Source: a bacterium
GTDB lineage: Bacteria > Hydrothermota > 32-111
Direction: 5' to 3'
Assembly (NCBI GenBank): GCA_050239825.1
Contig: JBFXGO010000001.1
Span: 3,188 to 67,187, forward strand
DNA: 64,000 nucleotides
A model generated the notes under the pieces. It saw only the letters and a program-made list of their open reading frames with translations, was not told the DNA's origin and searched no databases. This document shows positions 37,749-47,620 of this stretch, piece by piece (the stretch's first letter is position 1; each line of letters opens with the position of its first letter). The position numbers were made by a program, and so were the translations under genes.

Positions 37749-39632
37749 ATGGTTAAAAGAATCTTTTTATTTCTTCTTATTATATCCTTTTTTTTCATAT
37801 TCTCAAGTAGAGAACCCAATTATGATGATATAATTTATTTGAACAACGGAAAGCACATATCCGAAAATGGTGTAAAGTCAATCCTCGAAAGAGACTGGCC
37901 TTTTGCCGGAACAACTGTCAAACTGACGGAGGGAACGCACTCAATCATGCCTCTGCTCTTCTATGCTCTCCTCTATAAGTTGGGGTTCTCTCTATTCTTC
38001 ATGCATCTTCTTATATATGTAATATACGCTTCAATGCTCTTTCCTCTGGAAGCTCTCTTCTCTCGTTTGAAAGCAAAACATCCTCTGGCTTTATCGGTTC
38101 TCTTTTTGATTAATCCGGCTGTAAGTCTTTATGCCAATTCATTCATGTCTGACATACCTGCATTTTCTCTCTTGATTTTTTCTTTGTTCTTTCTTGTGAA
38201 AAACTTTGAGAAAAAGAATCTTATTTATCCAGCGCTCTTTATAATCTTTGCTGTTATGTCGATACTCTTTTCATACACATCGTTTTTTATCTTCCCGTTG
38301 ATTTTTATTGCTTTTGAGGAGAGCAGGAAAAAGAAAAATCTTGTTTTGACGGGTATCTCTTTTACATTAGTCCTATCTATTATAGTAATCATGAATCTGC
38401 TCTCACTTGCTCCGACTCTATTCAGGTCCATAAGCTGGTTCGGTTCCGAAAGACTCTTCAATTACCACAGGACTCTTGAAAAGGTTCTTTCCCTCTTCGT
38501 TTGGACAGGTCTCTTTGCTTTGTCCGAAGTTTTTAAAAAGCATAAGAATAACTTTATCCTGTCTGCCGCTCTGGCGCTCCTCGCCGCAGGAGTCTCATTT
38601 TCACCTTTGTTAACATTTAACAGTATAATCTCTCGTATTCTGCTCTTTCTTCTCTTGTTTTCAGGCATTTTTTCAACAGTCCGCCTTTTTATTGAAAAAC
38701 AGATGCTCGTAAAAGGTGCGCTTCTTCTCTGCCTTGGGCTTTTTTCCGTTCTTCTCTTTCCCATGATTATAGGAAGATACATCCTGACCTTTCTTTTCTT
38801 CTTCGCCTTCCTGATTTTTAGGAATGAGAGTTTCAAGCCGCTTATATTCAGCATTGCTTTCTCTGCGTCTCTTTCAGCGCTTCTTTTAACAAGCGATATG
38901 TTGCAGTCAAAAAGTTACAGGAATCTTGATTTTACGGGCTCTGACAGCGGCGAAAGCATTTCACTCGCCGCAAGAAGAAAGTATTTCATTGGAGAGTGGG
39001 GATACAGGTATCAGGCGGAGAAGATGAATGCGGAGCCTATGGATTTGAACAATCTGATGCTGAAAGAGGGGGACATTCTCTTTGCCCCCATGCTTGAGAA
39101 TATGTCAGACATAACATCCCTCTCAACTCATCTGAAGCTTTTAAAGACAGATTCGTTTTTTGATTTTCCTTTGAAGACTCTCTCAAAAGAGAGCGGGAGC
39201 GGTTACTACACATCAATGTACGGCATACTTCCATTCTCTATTTCTAAAGAGAATTCCGTTAAAAATTATCATTACAGGTATAGGGAGATTCCCAATAAAC
39301 ACTTAATAAAATACGCAGAGAGAGTCACATTCTGGGACGGAGAGGCTGTCATACCGTCAAACTTGAATGACACTCTTCTCTTTGATATGTCTGAAGGCGA
39401 TACATTGAAAGTAAGGTTCTTTCCCGATGCGAGGATTCTGAAATCCGACGGAATCACCCTTACTTGTACTCTTTTGGATTCAAACATCAATAAGAGAGAG
39501 ACTTCAAAAATGAATTTCTCTCCGAAAGAAAACGAAATAATGGTATGCGGAGAGAGCGGTCTGTACATGATTACATTCTCTAAAAACAAAAATTCTTCAT
39601 ACGATTGGTTCGGAATAACAGTCACCGATTAG
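37749..39632 (+). CDS. Polytopic membrane protein with a C-terminal extracytoplasmic domain; possible GT-C glycosyltransferase-like.
   Basis: More than 10 predicted TM helices in the first about 380 aa, followed by a soluble domain. Confidence 0.45.
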   Translation: MVKRIFLFLLIISFFFIFSSREPNYDDIIYLNNGKHISENGVKSILERDWPFAGTTVKLTEGTHSIMPLLFYALLYKLGFSLFFMHLLIYVIYASMLFPLEALFSRLKAKHPLALSVLFLINPAVSLYANSFMSDIPAFSLLIFSLFFLVKNFEKKNLIYPALFIIFAVMSILFSYTSFFIFPLIFIAFEESRKKKNLVLTGISFTLVLSIIVIMNLLSLAPTLFRSISWFGSERLFNYHRTLEKVLSLFVWTGLFALSEVFKKHKNNFILSAALALLAAGVSFSPLLTFNSIISRILLFLLLFSGIFSTVRLFIEKQMLVKGALLLCLGLFSVLLFPMIIGRYILTFLFFFAFLIFRNESFKPLIFSIAFSASLSALLLTSDMLQSKSYRNLDFTGSDSGESISLAARRKYFIGEWGYRYQAEKMNAEPMDLNNLMLKEGDILFAPMLENMSDITSLSTHLKLLKTDSFFDFPLKTLSKESGSGYYTSMYGILPFSISKENSVKNYHYRYREIPNKHLIKYAERVTFWDGEAVIPSNLNDTLLFDMSEGDTLKVRFFPDARILKSDGITLTCTLLDSNINKRETSKMNFSPKENEIMVCGESGLYMITFSKNKNSSYDWFGITVTD

Positions 39633-39772
39633 TTTTAAAGACGGCAGATAAAAGTCAAAAGCAATAACCGATGGGAGACCGGCGTCTAAAAAAGTTATTG
39701 CTTCAATCCCCCGTTTTCTTTTTGAAAAGATACATATTTTTTTATATTATATCTTGAATTTACATATATATT

Positions 39773-40441
39773 ATGATATTATATAAAATTATGAGAAATC
39801 TAAATGTGAGTTTTAGGATAGATACAATGGTAAATGGGGAAATTTCGACAAACACCCATATAATAAGCTGTCTTACAGACAATACTTGTATAGTTATAGA
39901 TCCGGCAGACGGGAACAGAATTTCAGATTTTTTAAAAGACAATGATCTGGATATAAAATACATTGTCAATACTCACGGACACTTTGACCATATCTCAGGC
40001 AACAGATATTTAAAAGAGCTGTATGACCCTCTCATTTGCATTGGAGCAGAGGACGCAGAGTTTTTAACCACCCCCTCTCTCAATATGTCAGAGTTCATGG
40101 GACAAAATTATGTCTCTCCCAAATGCGATATAGTGCTGAAGGAGAATGACTACCTTGACCTTGGCGAAAATCGCATATATGTCAAACATACTCCGGGTCA
40201 CACGCAGGGATCGATAACCCTCGTTCTCGGAGGATTCAACTTTTCCGGAGACCTCATTTTCATGAAGGGTCTCGGAAGAACAGACCTTCCCGGAGGCGAC
40301 CCTGTAAAACTTGTATCCTCAGTCCGCTCCTTCTGGACCGGATTGAAGATGGATTCATTTATTTACCCGGGGCACGGGAATTGCGGAAAAAAACTTTTAT
40401 TTGAAGAAAGCATGAAAGAAACTTTTCTTTACAGGTACTAG
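39773..40441 (+). CDS. MBL-fold metallo-hydrolase.
   Basis: HxHxDH motif NTHGHFDHISGN plus downstream His/Asp ligands. The true start may be an internal ATG (about 39827). Confidence 0.75.
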   Translation: MILYKIMRNLNVSFRIDTMVNGEISTNTHIISCLTDNTCIVIDPADGNRISDFLKDNDLDIKYIVNTHGHFDHISGNRYLKELYDPLICIGAEDAEFLTTPSLNMSEFMGQNYVSPKCDIVLKENDYLDLGENRIYVKHTPGHTQGSITLVLGGFNFSGDLIFMKGLGRTDLPGGDPVKLVSSVRSFWTGLKMDSFIYPGHGNCGKKLLFEESMKETFLYRY

Positions 40442-40442
40442 A

Positions 40443-41819
40443 ATGAGAATAACATTTTTCGGAGCAACTCGCACGGTGACAGGTTCAATGATGCTGATAG
40501 AGCACAAGGAGAAAAAGATACTTATGGAATGCGGGCTCTTTCAGGGAAGAAGAAGCGAAAGCGAGGAGCTGAATCGCCACTTCCCGTTTGACCCAAAATC
40601 AATAGATATGGTTATAATCTCTCATGCCCACATAGACCACAGCGGTAATCTTCCAAACCTTGTCAAGCAGGGGTTTGAAGGCGATATTGTTGCAACTCAC
40701 GCAACTCTGGACCTTCTTGATTTAATGCTTAGAGACAGCGGACATATTCATGAGAAGGACATAGAGTATCTGAACAAAAAACTGAAAAAGAAGAACGAAC
40801 CTCCAAAAGAGCCGCTCTATACTGTAAAGGACGCCGAACATGCGCTCAGGCATCTGAAGGGATATAGCTACTACAGCACGGTTAAAATAGATGATGACTT
40901 GCAGTTCTCTTTCATTGAGGCAGGCCACATACTCGGTTCTTCCCAGATACTTTTTGAAAACAAAGGCAGAAAGATTCTCTTCACGGGAGACATCGGAAGA
41001 GACCATATGCCTATAATAAGAAATCCGGACAATGTAAGCGATGTGGATGTTCTTATAACCGAATCTACATACGGAGACAGAACCCACAGAAATATCAAGA
41101 TGTCTCAGGATGAGCTTAAATCAATAATTGAGAAGACGCATGCTAAGAGGGGCAATCTGGTGGTGCCCTCATTTTCTGTGGGCCGCACTCAGGAGATTTT
41201 GTTTGACATCTACAACCTAAAGAGGGATAATGCAATACCTCAAATGAAGATTTTTGTGGATTCTCCGCTTAGTTCCAATGTGACGGATGTTTTTAAAAAC
41301 CATCCTGAATGTTATGACACCGAGATGATGTCTCTCTTCAACTCGAAGGAGAATCCTTTCGAGTTTGACGGACTTTACTACATAACCGATGTGGAGGATT
41401 CCAAACAGCTGAATATGCTGAAAGAACCGTCCATAATAATTTCATCAAGCGGAATGTGCGAAGCGGGAAGAATACTGCACCACCTCAAGCACAACATAAC
41501 AGAGAAGAGGAATACAATTCTTGTGACCGGATTCATGGCTGAGAATACATTGGGAAGAAGAATCGCCGAGAGAGAGAAGAAGGTAAAAATATTTTCGGAG
41601 GAGTTTCCGCTTAAAGCGGATGTTTATATAATGAATGAATACAGCGCTCATGCGGATAAGAATGACCTGCTCAGGCATGTGAAAAATTCAAATCCCAAAA
41701 AGATTTTTCTTGTGCACGGCGAGGCGGGGCAGATGGACTCATTTGCAAAGACGCTTGATTTGAACGGCTACAAATCAGTCGAAAGACCTGTAAGGGGAGA
41801 GGCTCATGACTTCAGCTGA
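40443..41819 (+). CDS. MBL-fold beta-CASP ribonuclease (RNase J/CPSF-like RNA-metabolising metallo-beta-lactamase).
   Basis: ISHAHIDHSGNLP, then beta-CASP motifs and a C-terminal RNA-specificity region. 458 aa. Confidence 0.8.
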   Translation: MRITFFGATRTVTGSMMLIEHKEKKILMECGLFQGRRSESEELNRHFPFDPKSIDMVIISHAHIDHSGNLPNLVKQGFEGDIVATHATLDLLDLMLRDSGHIHEKDIEYLNKKLKKKNEPPKEPLYTVKDAEHALRHLKGYSYYSTVKIDDDLQFSFIEAGHILGSSQILFENKGRKILFTGDIGRDHMPIIRNPDNVSDVDVLITESTYGDRTHRNIKMSQDELKSIIEKTHAKRGNLVVPSFSVGRTQEILFDIYNLKRDNAIPQMKIFVDSPLSSNVTDVFKNHPECYDTEMMSLFNSKENPFEFDGLYYITDVEDSKQLNMLKEPSIIISSSGMCEAGRILHHLKHNITEKRNTILVTGFMAENTLGRRIAEREKKVKIFSEEFPLKADVYIMNEYSAHADKNDLLRHVKNSNPKKIFLVHGEAGQMDSFAKTLDLNGYKSVERPVRGEAHDFS

Positions 41820-42699
41820 AGAGAATCTTCTGAAAGAGTACTACTCATATCTCCTTTCTGAAAGAAGCTGTTCAAGAGAGACCGCCGACTACTACATGAC
41901 CGATATATCGCAGTTAATTAAATTCATTGAGGGGACAGGTCATGGAGTTTTTGATGCCACATCAAAAGACATAAAAGATTTTTTCAATTCTCTGGCGGAT
42001 GTTGAGGCGAAGCACACTACAATGTCAAGGAAACTTTCAAGCATTAAAAATTTTTATATATTTCTTATGTCTGAGAATAAAATAGAAACAGACCCTTCCG
42101 AGAACATTGAGACTCCGAAGCTGAACAAATCACTCCCGGATGCTTTGACTATAGAGGAGATAAACTCTCTCATGGAAAGCATATCCGGCGATGACTGGAG
42201 ATCTATTAGGGACAGGGCGCTTCTTGAAACCATATACGGATGCGGTCTCAGAGTCTCGGAATCAACTTCAATGACTCTTGAATCTGTCAATTTCAAGGAA
42301 GAGTATGTTATAGTGCTCGGAAAGAGAATGAAGGAAAGGATTGTTCCGATAAGCAGAAAAGCATTGACAGCTCTCTCAAACTACATTGAAAAATCAAGGT
42401 GTGTTTTGAACAACAAACAGTCGAAGTACCTTTTTCTCAATAGATTCGGCACTCAGCTCAGCCGTATGTCTGTGTGGAGTATTTTAAGAGAGAGAGCGGC
42501 AGCGGCGGGAATTACGGCGAGAATGCATCCCCATATACTCAGGCATTCATTTGCCACACATCTTTTAGAGGGTGGCGCCGATTTGAGAAGCGTTCAGGAG
42601 ATGCTTGGTCATTCGAGCATCCTTACAACAGAGATATACACTCATGTCAGCAGAAAGTTCATAAAGGAAATCTATAATGCATATCATCCCAGGAGCTAA
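41806..42699 (+). CDS. Tyrosine site-specific recombinase, XerC/XerD family.
   Basis: Catalytic R...HPHILRHSFATHLLEGGADLRSVQEMLGHSSILTTEIYTHV (RHRY tetrad with Tyr nucleophile). 297 aa. Confidence 0.85.
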   Translation: MTSAEENLLKEYYSYLLSERSCSRETADYYMTDISQLIKFIEGTGHGVFDATSKDIKDFFNSLADVEAKHTTMSRKLSSIKNFYIFLMSENKIETDPSENIETPKLNKSLPDALTIEEINSLMESISGDDWRSIRDRALLETIYGCGLRVSESTSMTLESVNFKEEYVIVLGKRMKERIVPISRKALTALSNYIEKSRCVLNNKQSKYLFLNRFGTQLSRMSVWSILRERAAAAGITARMHPHILRHSFATHLLEGGADLRSVQEMLGHSSILTTEIYTHVSRKFIKEIYNAYHPRS

Positions 42700-42710
42700 A
42701 AGGGGGATTT

Positions 42711-45700
42711 ATGTTTTTTAAGAAAGGAAAAGGCGAAGAGAACAGAACGGAAAAAAAGACGGAACCGGTGGTTCTCAAAAAAAAGAAGGGGATAAAACCC
42801 GCCTCCTTTGAAAAGAAAGAGAAGGTTGTTCTTAAACCCGGCGGAGTTGAAGATACAGCCGAAGACCTCTCAGCAGGTCTCGACGATCTCATTTCCGACC
42901 TTGATGCGCAGGCGCAGAATGACGAATCCGAAGGAGAAGATTCCCTTGATTCCCTTACTGATATGCTTGAATCAATTGATGAGTTTAAAGAAGATAATGA
43001 AACAAAAGAAGAGAAGGATGATGATTCAAAACAGAAGCAGGAAAATGAAAAAGAGGATATCGCCGACTCAATTTCGGATTTGATGGATTTATCGGAGTCA
43101 TTTGAAGATATTGATGAGAAGATCGAGAAAGAAGCAGAAGCTAAGACAGCTGCCGCCAAGCCTGAAGAAACAGAAGCAAAAAAAGAAGTGGCATCTGAAA
43201 AGAAAAAAATAACAGACGATGGAATAGAATCTCTTGAAGAGCTTGCAGAGGGGATAGGAGTCCTTGAAGAGACTAATAGTGAGGTGGCTTACATTAAAGA
43301 AGTTGATTTGGATGTTGAGACGACCACCGACGCAAAAATCGATAATGCGGAGGAGATATCCCTGGACGATGAAAAAGAAACAGAGGAGGAATCTGTTGAG
43401 GCGATGCCGACTGTAAGCGAAGAAATTGTGCTTGAAGAGAACAAACAAAAGGAAAAGGCGGAAGAAAACTCCGCAGAAGCGCAGACGCAAAAAGAAGAAA
43501 TGGAAGAGACCTCAGCCGATGATTTTTCAGGAATGCTCGATGCTGTTGAAACCGCTGTCGAAGAAGAAGCAGAAAAACCTGCTCATGCCGAGGAATCCTT
43601 CGGAAGAAAAGATGAAATGATTGACTTCGATTCCGATACATCCAATCGCATACAAATTGCAGCGGAAGAGAAAACGGTTATGGCTGACGATGAGAAACTG
43701 AATGACCTTGTCTCAAATATAATGAAGAAATCAATGGAAGAGAAGGAACTGCGCGATAAGATAAATGAAAACAACAAACAGTTGAACAGCTTGAAGAAGG
43801 ATATTGAGAGAGAAAAGACTCAGCTGTCAAAGATCTCCGAAGAGTACAGAAAGCAGAAGACGAAGCTGGAGTTGCTTGACAAAGAGACCTCCGAGAGGTC
43901 TTCAAAGCTGAACTCCGATTTCGAGAGCATGAAGAAAGAATACGAACTGAAGAAAAAAGAGGTTGCTTCTCTCAATGAAGCCGTGCTGACTGCCCGCCAA
44001 GAGAAGAAAGAGTTTGAGGAACTTCTAAAAGATGTAAAGACAAAATTTGAAAATAACAGCAATTCTCTCGACCAGATGAAGCTTGAAAAAGAAAAAACCG
44101 AGAATGAACTTGTCAGAGTCAAGCGAAGCATAGATGACCTTAAAAAATCTCAGACAGACCTTGAGAACGGCATAAACCAGCAGAAAAATCAGGAAAAGGA
44201 AATAAGAACCCTGCTGGAAAAAGCTAAAAAAGATTCGGAGGCGGTGAGCAGGAAAAATGAGGAAGAGAAGAAAATATTAAAGGATATAGAGAGCAAGATA
44301 GAGAGCAAGAGAGATTATCTCAACTCTCTCGAATCTGGAATGGGCAAGACGATAAATCAGGAAATGGATCTCGGAGAAAAGATTAAGGAGCTTAAGAAGC
44401 GCGCCGATGAGATGAAAACGCAGAATGCGGCGAATGAAAAGGAGAGCGAAAAGATTAGTAAAGAGAAGAATTCTCTTGAAAAGGATTTTCAGAAGACAAA
44501 AACAAACTACGAGCAGATGAAATTGCAAGCCGAAGAGTATCAGACAAAAGCCAAGAGGGCAAGAGAGGATTATGACAAGGCAATAGAATTGCTGGCAGAC
44601 AAAGAGAGGCAGATTAAGGAGAAAGAGGCATATTACGGAGAAATGGAGACTCTTATCAACTCCAATGAAAAGAAGAAAAAGAATATTGAATCCGAGATTT
44701 CCGAAAACGGAAAGAAACTTGATGAAATAAAGCAGACCATTAAAGTCAATCAGGCGAAACTTGATGAAATCATGAAGGGCTATTCGGGATTTTCGGACAG
44801 GTATGTTGAAATAAAGAATGAAATGGCTGAATATGAGAAGCAGAGAAAAACCTTAATCGCAGACATAGAAAAAACACGCAAAGAAAAAATTGAGACTGAG
44901 AAGAGTCTCTCCGAATTGAAGGAAGATGAAGCCTCCTTGAAGGAGAACATAAAGAATGACACTCAAGAGCTTGAAAAACTCAAATCAAATGCAGAAATGA
45001 TATTGGCAAATTTCAATGGCAAAGAGCTTGAACGAAAACAGCTTGTTGAAGAGATTGTCAGGAAGAACGAGGAGAAGAACAGTCTCATAGATGAAATAGA
45101 AAAAATCAAAATTGAAGTGCTTGAGCAGGAGGAGATATTAAGCGGTGTTGAAAATCAGGTAAAGGAGAATACCGTCCGGCTTGAGAAGGTAGAGAAGGAG
45201 AGTAAATCGATATTAGAGGAGAAAGAGACGGAACTCTCTATAATTGATGAGGAAATAGCGGGGAAAAATAGAATTCTTGAAGAGATGGAAAATAAAATCT
45301 CACAATTAAAAGAGCGCGAAGCTAATATTGAGAATGAGATAAAAGAGAGGATGACAGGAGTATCAGCCGCAGTTGAGGAGATGGAGAAGGAAAAACAAAA
45401 GCTGAATGAGGAGATAATCGAACTGCAGAATGAATCCCTCTCACTGAAGTCGGACAAGGAAGAGCTTGACAAGTGGCTTAAAGAGAAGGAGGCGGAAGCT
45501 GTAAGATACGGAGGGAAACTGAAAGAAGACAAGGAGAAACTTGAAAATCTCCAAACGAGTGTGCAAATGGCAACTGTGGATTTGGAGGATGTGAGACTTC
45601 AGAAGGAGAGCTTTGCCCAGGAAATTGAGGAGCTGAAAGCCGAGGAGATTAAGAACCGCACCATGCTTGAAGAGAGAAAGCGAGAGTTTGAAGAGTTGAA

Positions 45701-46979
45701 CGAAAAAGTCGAGAGAATAGAGACGGATTTCCCGAATATAAGGGAATACAAGCCTCTTCAGGATGATTCGCCGCAGATAATTGAAGCCAAGATGGGGCTC
45801 AACCAGCTTCTAAAGATAAAAGGCAAGCTTGACGAGATAATAATACTAAGGAAAAATCAGGAGAGAAAACTTGCCGCAGTGCTCGGCATAGAGAAGATTG
45901 AAAATATAAAGAAGAACATAGAGACGGAACTGTCGGACAAGGAGAAGATGCTTCTCAATTACAGAAAGGATCTCGACGCCGTAACAAACGACCTTAAAGC
46001 CAAAAATGCAGAACTTTCGAGGATTGGCGCAAAGCGTCAGGAAATGCAGCAATCATTTGTGGATGATCAGGTTAAGCTTGAAAACTTAAAGAAGGAACTC
46101 TCTGAGACGACCCAAAAGATGGTTAAGATAGCCAAGATAGAAAAACAAATGCAGGAGCAGTATAACACTCTCACATCGGAATTGAAAAAATTTAATGATG
46201 AGAGGGATCTGATAACATCAAAAATCAATGCGGAGAAGTTTCATCTTGACGAACTTACGGCTAAAAAGACAGAAATGGAAAATGCCGTTAACTCTCTCAA
46301 TGAGCAACTTCTGCAGAAAAAGAGTGCGCTACAGGCTGAAACAGTCGCCCTTGAAGATGACTTGTCAAAGAAGAGAGATGAGATACAACTTGAAATCGAA
46401 AATCTGAAACAGGAGCAGAACAGACTGAAAGAAGAGAATATTTCTGCGCGACATCTTGGAGACAAGGATGCCGTGGAAAAACTGGAGGCGGAAAACAGAC
46501 AGCTCAGGGAAAATCTGCAGAAGTCGCACAATCAGATTATAAAAGCAAATAATGAAACGGAACAGTTGAGAATCAAACTCGCGGAGGCGGAGAAGGAATC
46601 ATTGATAAAATCAACACCAATAGAATCTTCCAAAGACGATGCGGCAAGAATGAGAAGAATGGAGGAAGCTGTGTTGAGGCTTGAAGCAAACAACAAAACA
46701 CTATTAAGCAATCTGGAGAAGACAAAGAGCGAAAAAACGCAAATCTCCGCAGATGCTTTGAAGTTCCAAGAGCCTGTAAAACCCCAGGAGAAGAAAACAG
46801 ACATATTTGAAGCTCTGTCGCAGCCGCCGGCAAGGCAGAATGTTTTTGCCCCTGAAGCCGAACAGAGAAGAGAATCTGTCGAAGAAAAGAGTTTGTCAGA
46901 GTATCAGGATACATTCAAAAAAATGGAGAGCGAGTCGTCAAAGGAATCATCATCTGCTGATGATATCCTGTTCGGCTGA
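42711..46979 (+). CDS. Giant coiled-coil-rich protein (1422 aa), E/K-rich with an acidic N-terminal region.
   Basis: AAGGGGGA RBS. About 1100 aa of heptad-patterned E/K/L/Q-rich sequence with no NTP-binding or enzymatic motif. The strong AAG/GAA codon bias generates many spurious antisense ORFs. Confidence 0.7.
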   Translation: MFFKKGKGEENRTEKKTEPVVLKKKKGIKPASFEKKEKVVLKPGGVEDTAEDLSAGLDDLISDLDAQAQNDESEGEDSLDSLTDMLESIDEFKEDNETKEEKDDDSKQKQENEKEDIADSISDLMDLSESFEDIDEKIEKEAEAKTAAAKPEETEAKKEVASEKKKITDDGIESLEELAEGIGVLEETNSEVAYIKEVDLDVETTTDAKIDNAEEISLDDEKETEEESVEAMPTVSEEIVLEENKQKEKAEENSAEAQTQKEEMEETSADDFSGMLDAVETAVEEEAEKPAHAEESFGRKDEMIDFDSDTSNRIQIAAEEKTVMADDEKLNDLVSNIMKKSMEEKELRDKINENNKQLNSLKKDIEREKTQLSKISEEYRKQKTKLELLDKETSERSSKLNSDFESMKKEYELKKKEVASLNEAVLTARQEKKEFEELLKDVKTKFENNSNSLDQMKLEKEKTENELVRVKRSIDDLKKSQTDLENGINQQKNQEKEIRTLLEKAKKDSEAVSRKNEEEKKILKDIESKIESKRDYLNSLESGMGKTINQEMDLGEKIKELKKRADEMKTQNAANEKESEKISKEKNSLEKDFQKTKTNYEQMKLQAEEYQTKAKRAREDYDKAIELLADKERQIKEKEAYYGEMETLINSNEKKKKNIESEISENGKKLDEIKQTIKVNQAKLDEIMKGYSGFSDRYVEIKNEMAEYEKQRKTLIADIEKTRKEKIETEKSLSELKEDEASLKENIKNDTQELEKLKSNAEMILANFNGKELERKQLVEEIVRKNEEKNSLIDEIEKIKIEVLEQEEILSGVENQVKENTVRLEKVEKESKSILEEKETELSIIDEEIAGKNRILEEMENKISQLKEREANIENEIKERMTGVSAAVEEMEKEKQKLNEEIIELQNESLSLKSDKEELDKWLKEKEAEAVRYGGKLKEDKEKLENLQTSVQMATVDLEDVRLQKESFAQEIEELKAEEIKNRTMLEERKREFEELNEKVERIETDFPNIREYKPLQDDSPQIIEAKMGLNQLLKIKGKLDEIIILRKNQERKLAAVLGIEKIENIKKNIETELSDKEKMLLNYRKDLDAVTNDLKAKNAELSRIGAKRQEMQQSFVDDQVKLENLKKELSETTQKMVKIAKIEKQMQEQYNTLTSELKKFNDERDLITSKINAEKFHLDELTAKKTEMENAVNSLNEQLLQKKSALQAETVALEDDLSKKRDEIQLEIENLKQEQNRLKEENISARHLGDKDAVEKLEAENRQLRENLQKSHNQIIKANNETEQLRIKLAEAEKESLIKSTPIESSKDDAARMRRMEEAVLRLEANNKTLLSNLEKTKSEKTQISADALKFQEPVKPQEKKTDIFEALSQPPARQNVFAPEAEQRRESVEEKSLSEYQDTFKKMESESSKESSSADDILFG

Positions 46980-46981
46980 TT

Positions 46982-47608
46982 ATGATAAAATGCATCATAC
47001 CTGCAAGAAAGAACAGCAGAAGGATTATCGGCAAGAACCTGTTGAAGCTTAATGGAGATACACTTATTGATATTGCTGTTGAATCAGCTCTTCAAAGCAG
47101 TGTGTGCGATGAAATTATTGTGTCAACCGACATATCGGACGGATTCAGAAGAATGGGAGTGACCGTTGACAGAAGGCCTGCGGCAACGGCAAAGAGCAGG
47201 TCATCGTCGGGTTCGCTGATAGAGCATCTTATCAAAAAACACCGCTTCAATGATGATGACACAGTAATTCTTTTACAGCCGACTTCTCCCAACAGAAGAG
47301 GCATTGATATAAAAAGAGCTCTTGAGATTTTCAAAACGAACAATGTACCCGTAGTATCAGTCTTTGAATACAATAAGCTCAGTGACAATCTCTTCAAACC
47401 CGAGAAAGAAGGCTTTATCCGCAAGATTTCTTTTAAAGAGAGAATGATTTACCGCATGAATGGCGCGATCTTCATTTTTTCGGTGACTCATTTCAAAAAG
47501 TGCGGAGGTGTTCCTCAGGAGAGAGTGATGCCGTACATAATGGATGAGAAAGATTCAACAGATATAGATGAATATCTGGATTATATAAAGGCAGTTGTAT
47601 TGAAATAG
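46982..47608 (+). CDS. Acylneuraminate (nonulosonic acid) cytidylyltransferase, NeuA/CMP-NulO synthetase family.
   Basis: N-terminal IIPARKNSRRIIGKNLLKLNGDTLID matches the CMP-NeuAc / CMP-Kdo synthetase nucleotide-binding motif. Confidence 0.7.
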   Translation: MIKCIIPARKNSRRIIGKNLLKLNGDTLIDIAVESALQSSVCDEIIVSTDISDGFRRMGVTVDRRPAATAKSRSSSGSLIEHLIKKHRFNDDDTVILLQPTSPNRRGIDIKRALEIFKTNNVPVVSVFEYNKLSDNLFKPEKEGFIRKISFKERMIYRMNGAIFIFSVTHFKKCGGVPQERVMPYIMDEKDSTDIDEYLDYIKAVVLK

Positions 47609-47620
47609 AAGGAGGACACG

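Noticed and set aside
43098-46914. Numerous minus-strand and alternate-frame ORFs inside the coiled-coil gene (e.g. 43098..43490, 45155..45532, 46573..46914)
   Set aside because: They are low-complexity translations of the GAA/AAG-rich sequence with no starts or RBS context. The 1422-aa frame is continuous and has an RBS.
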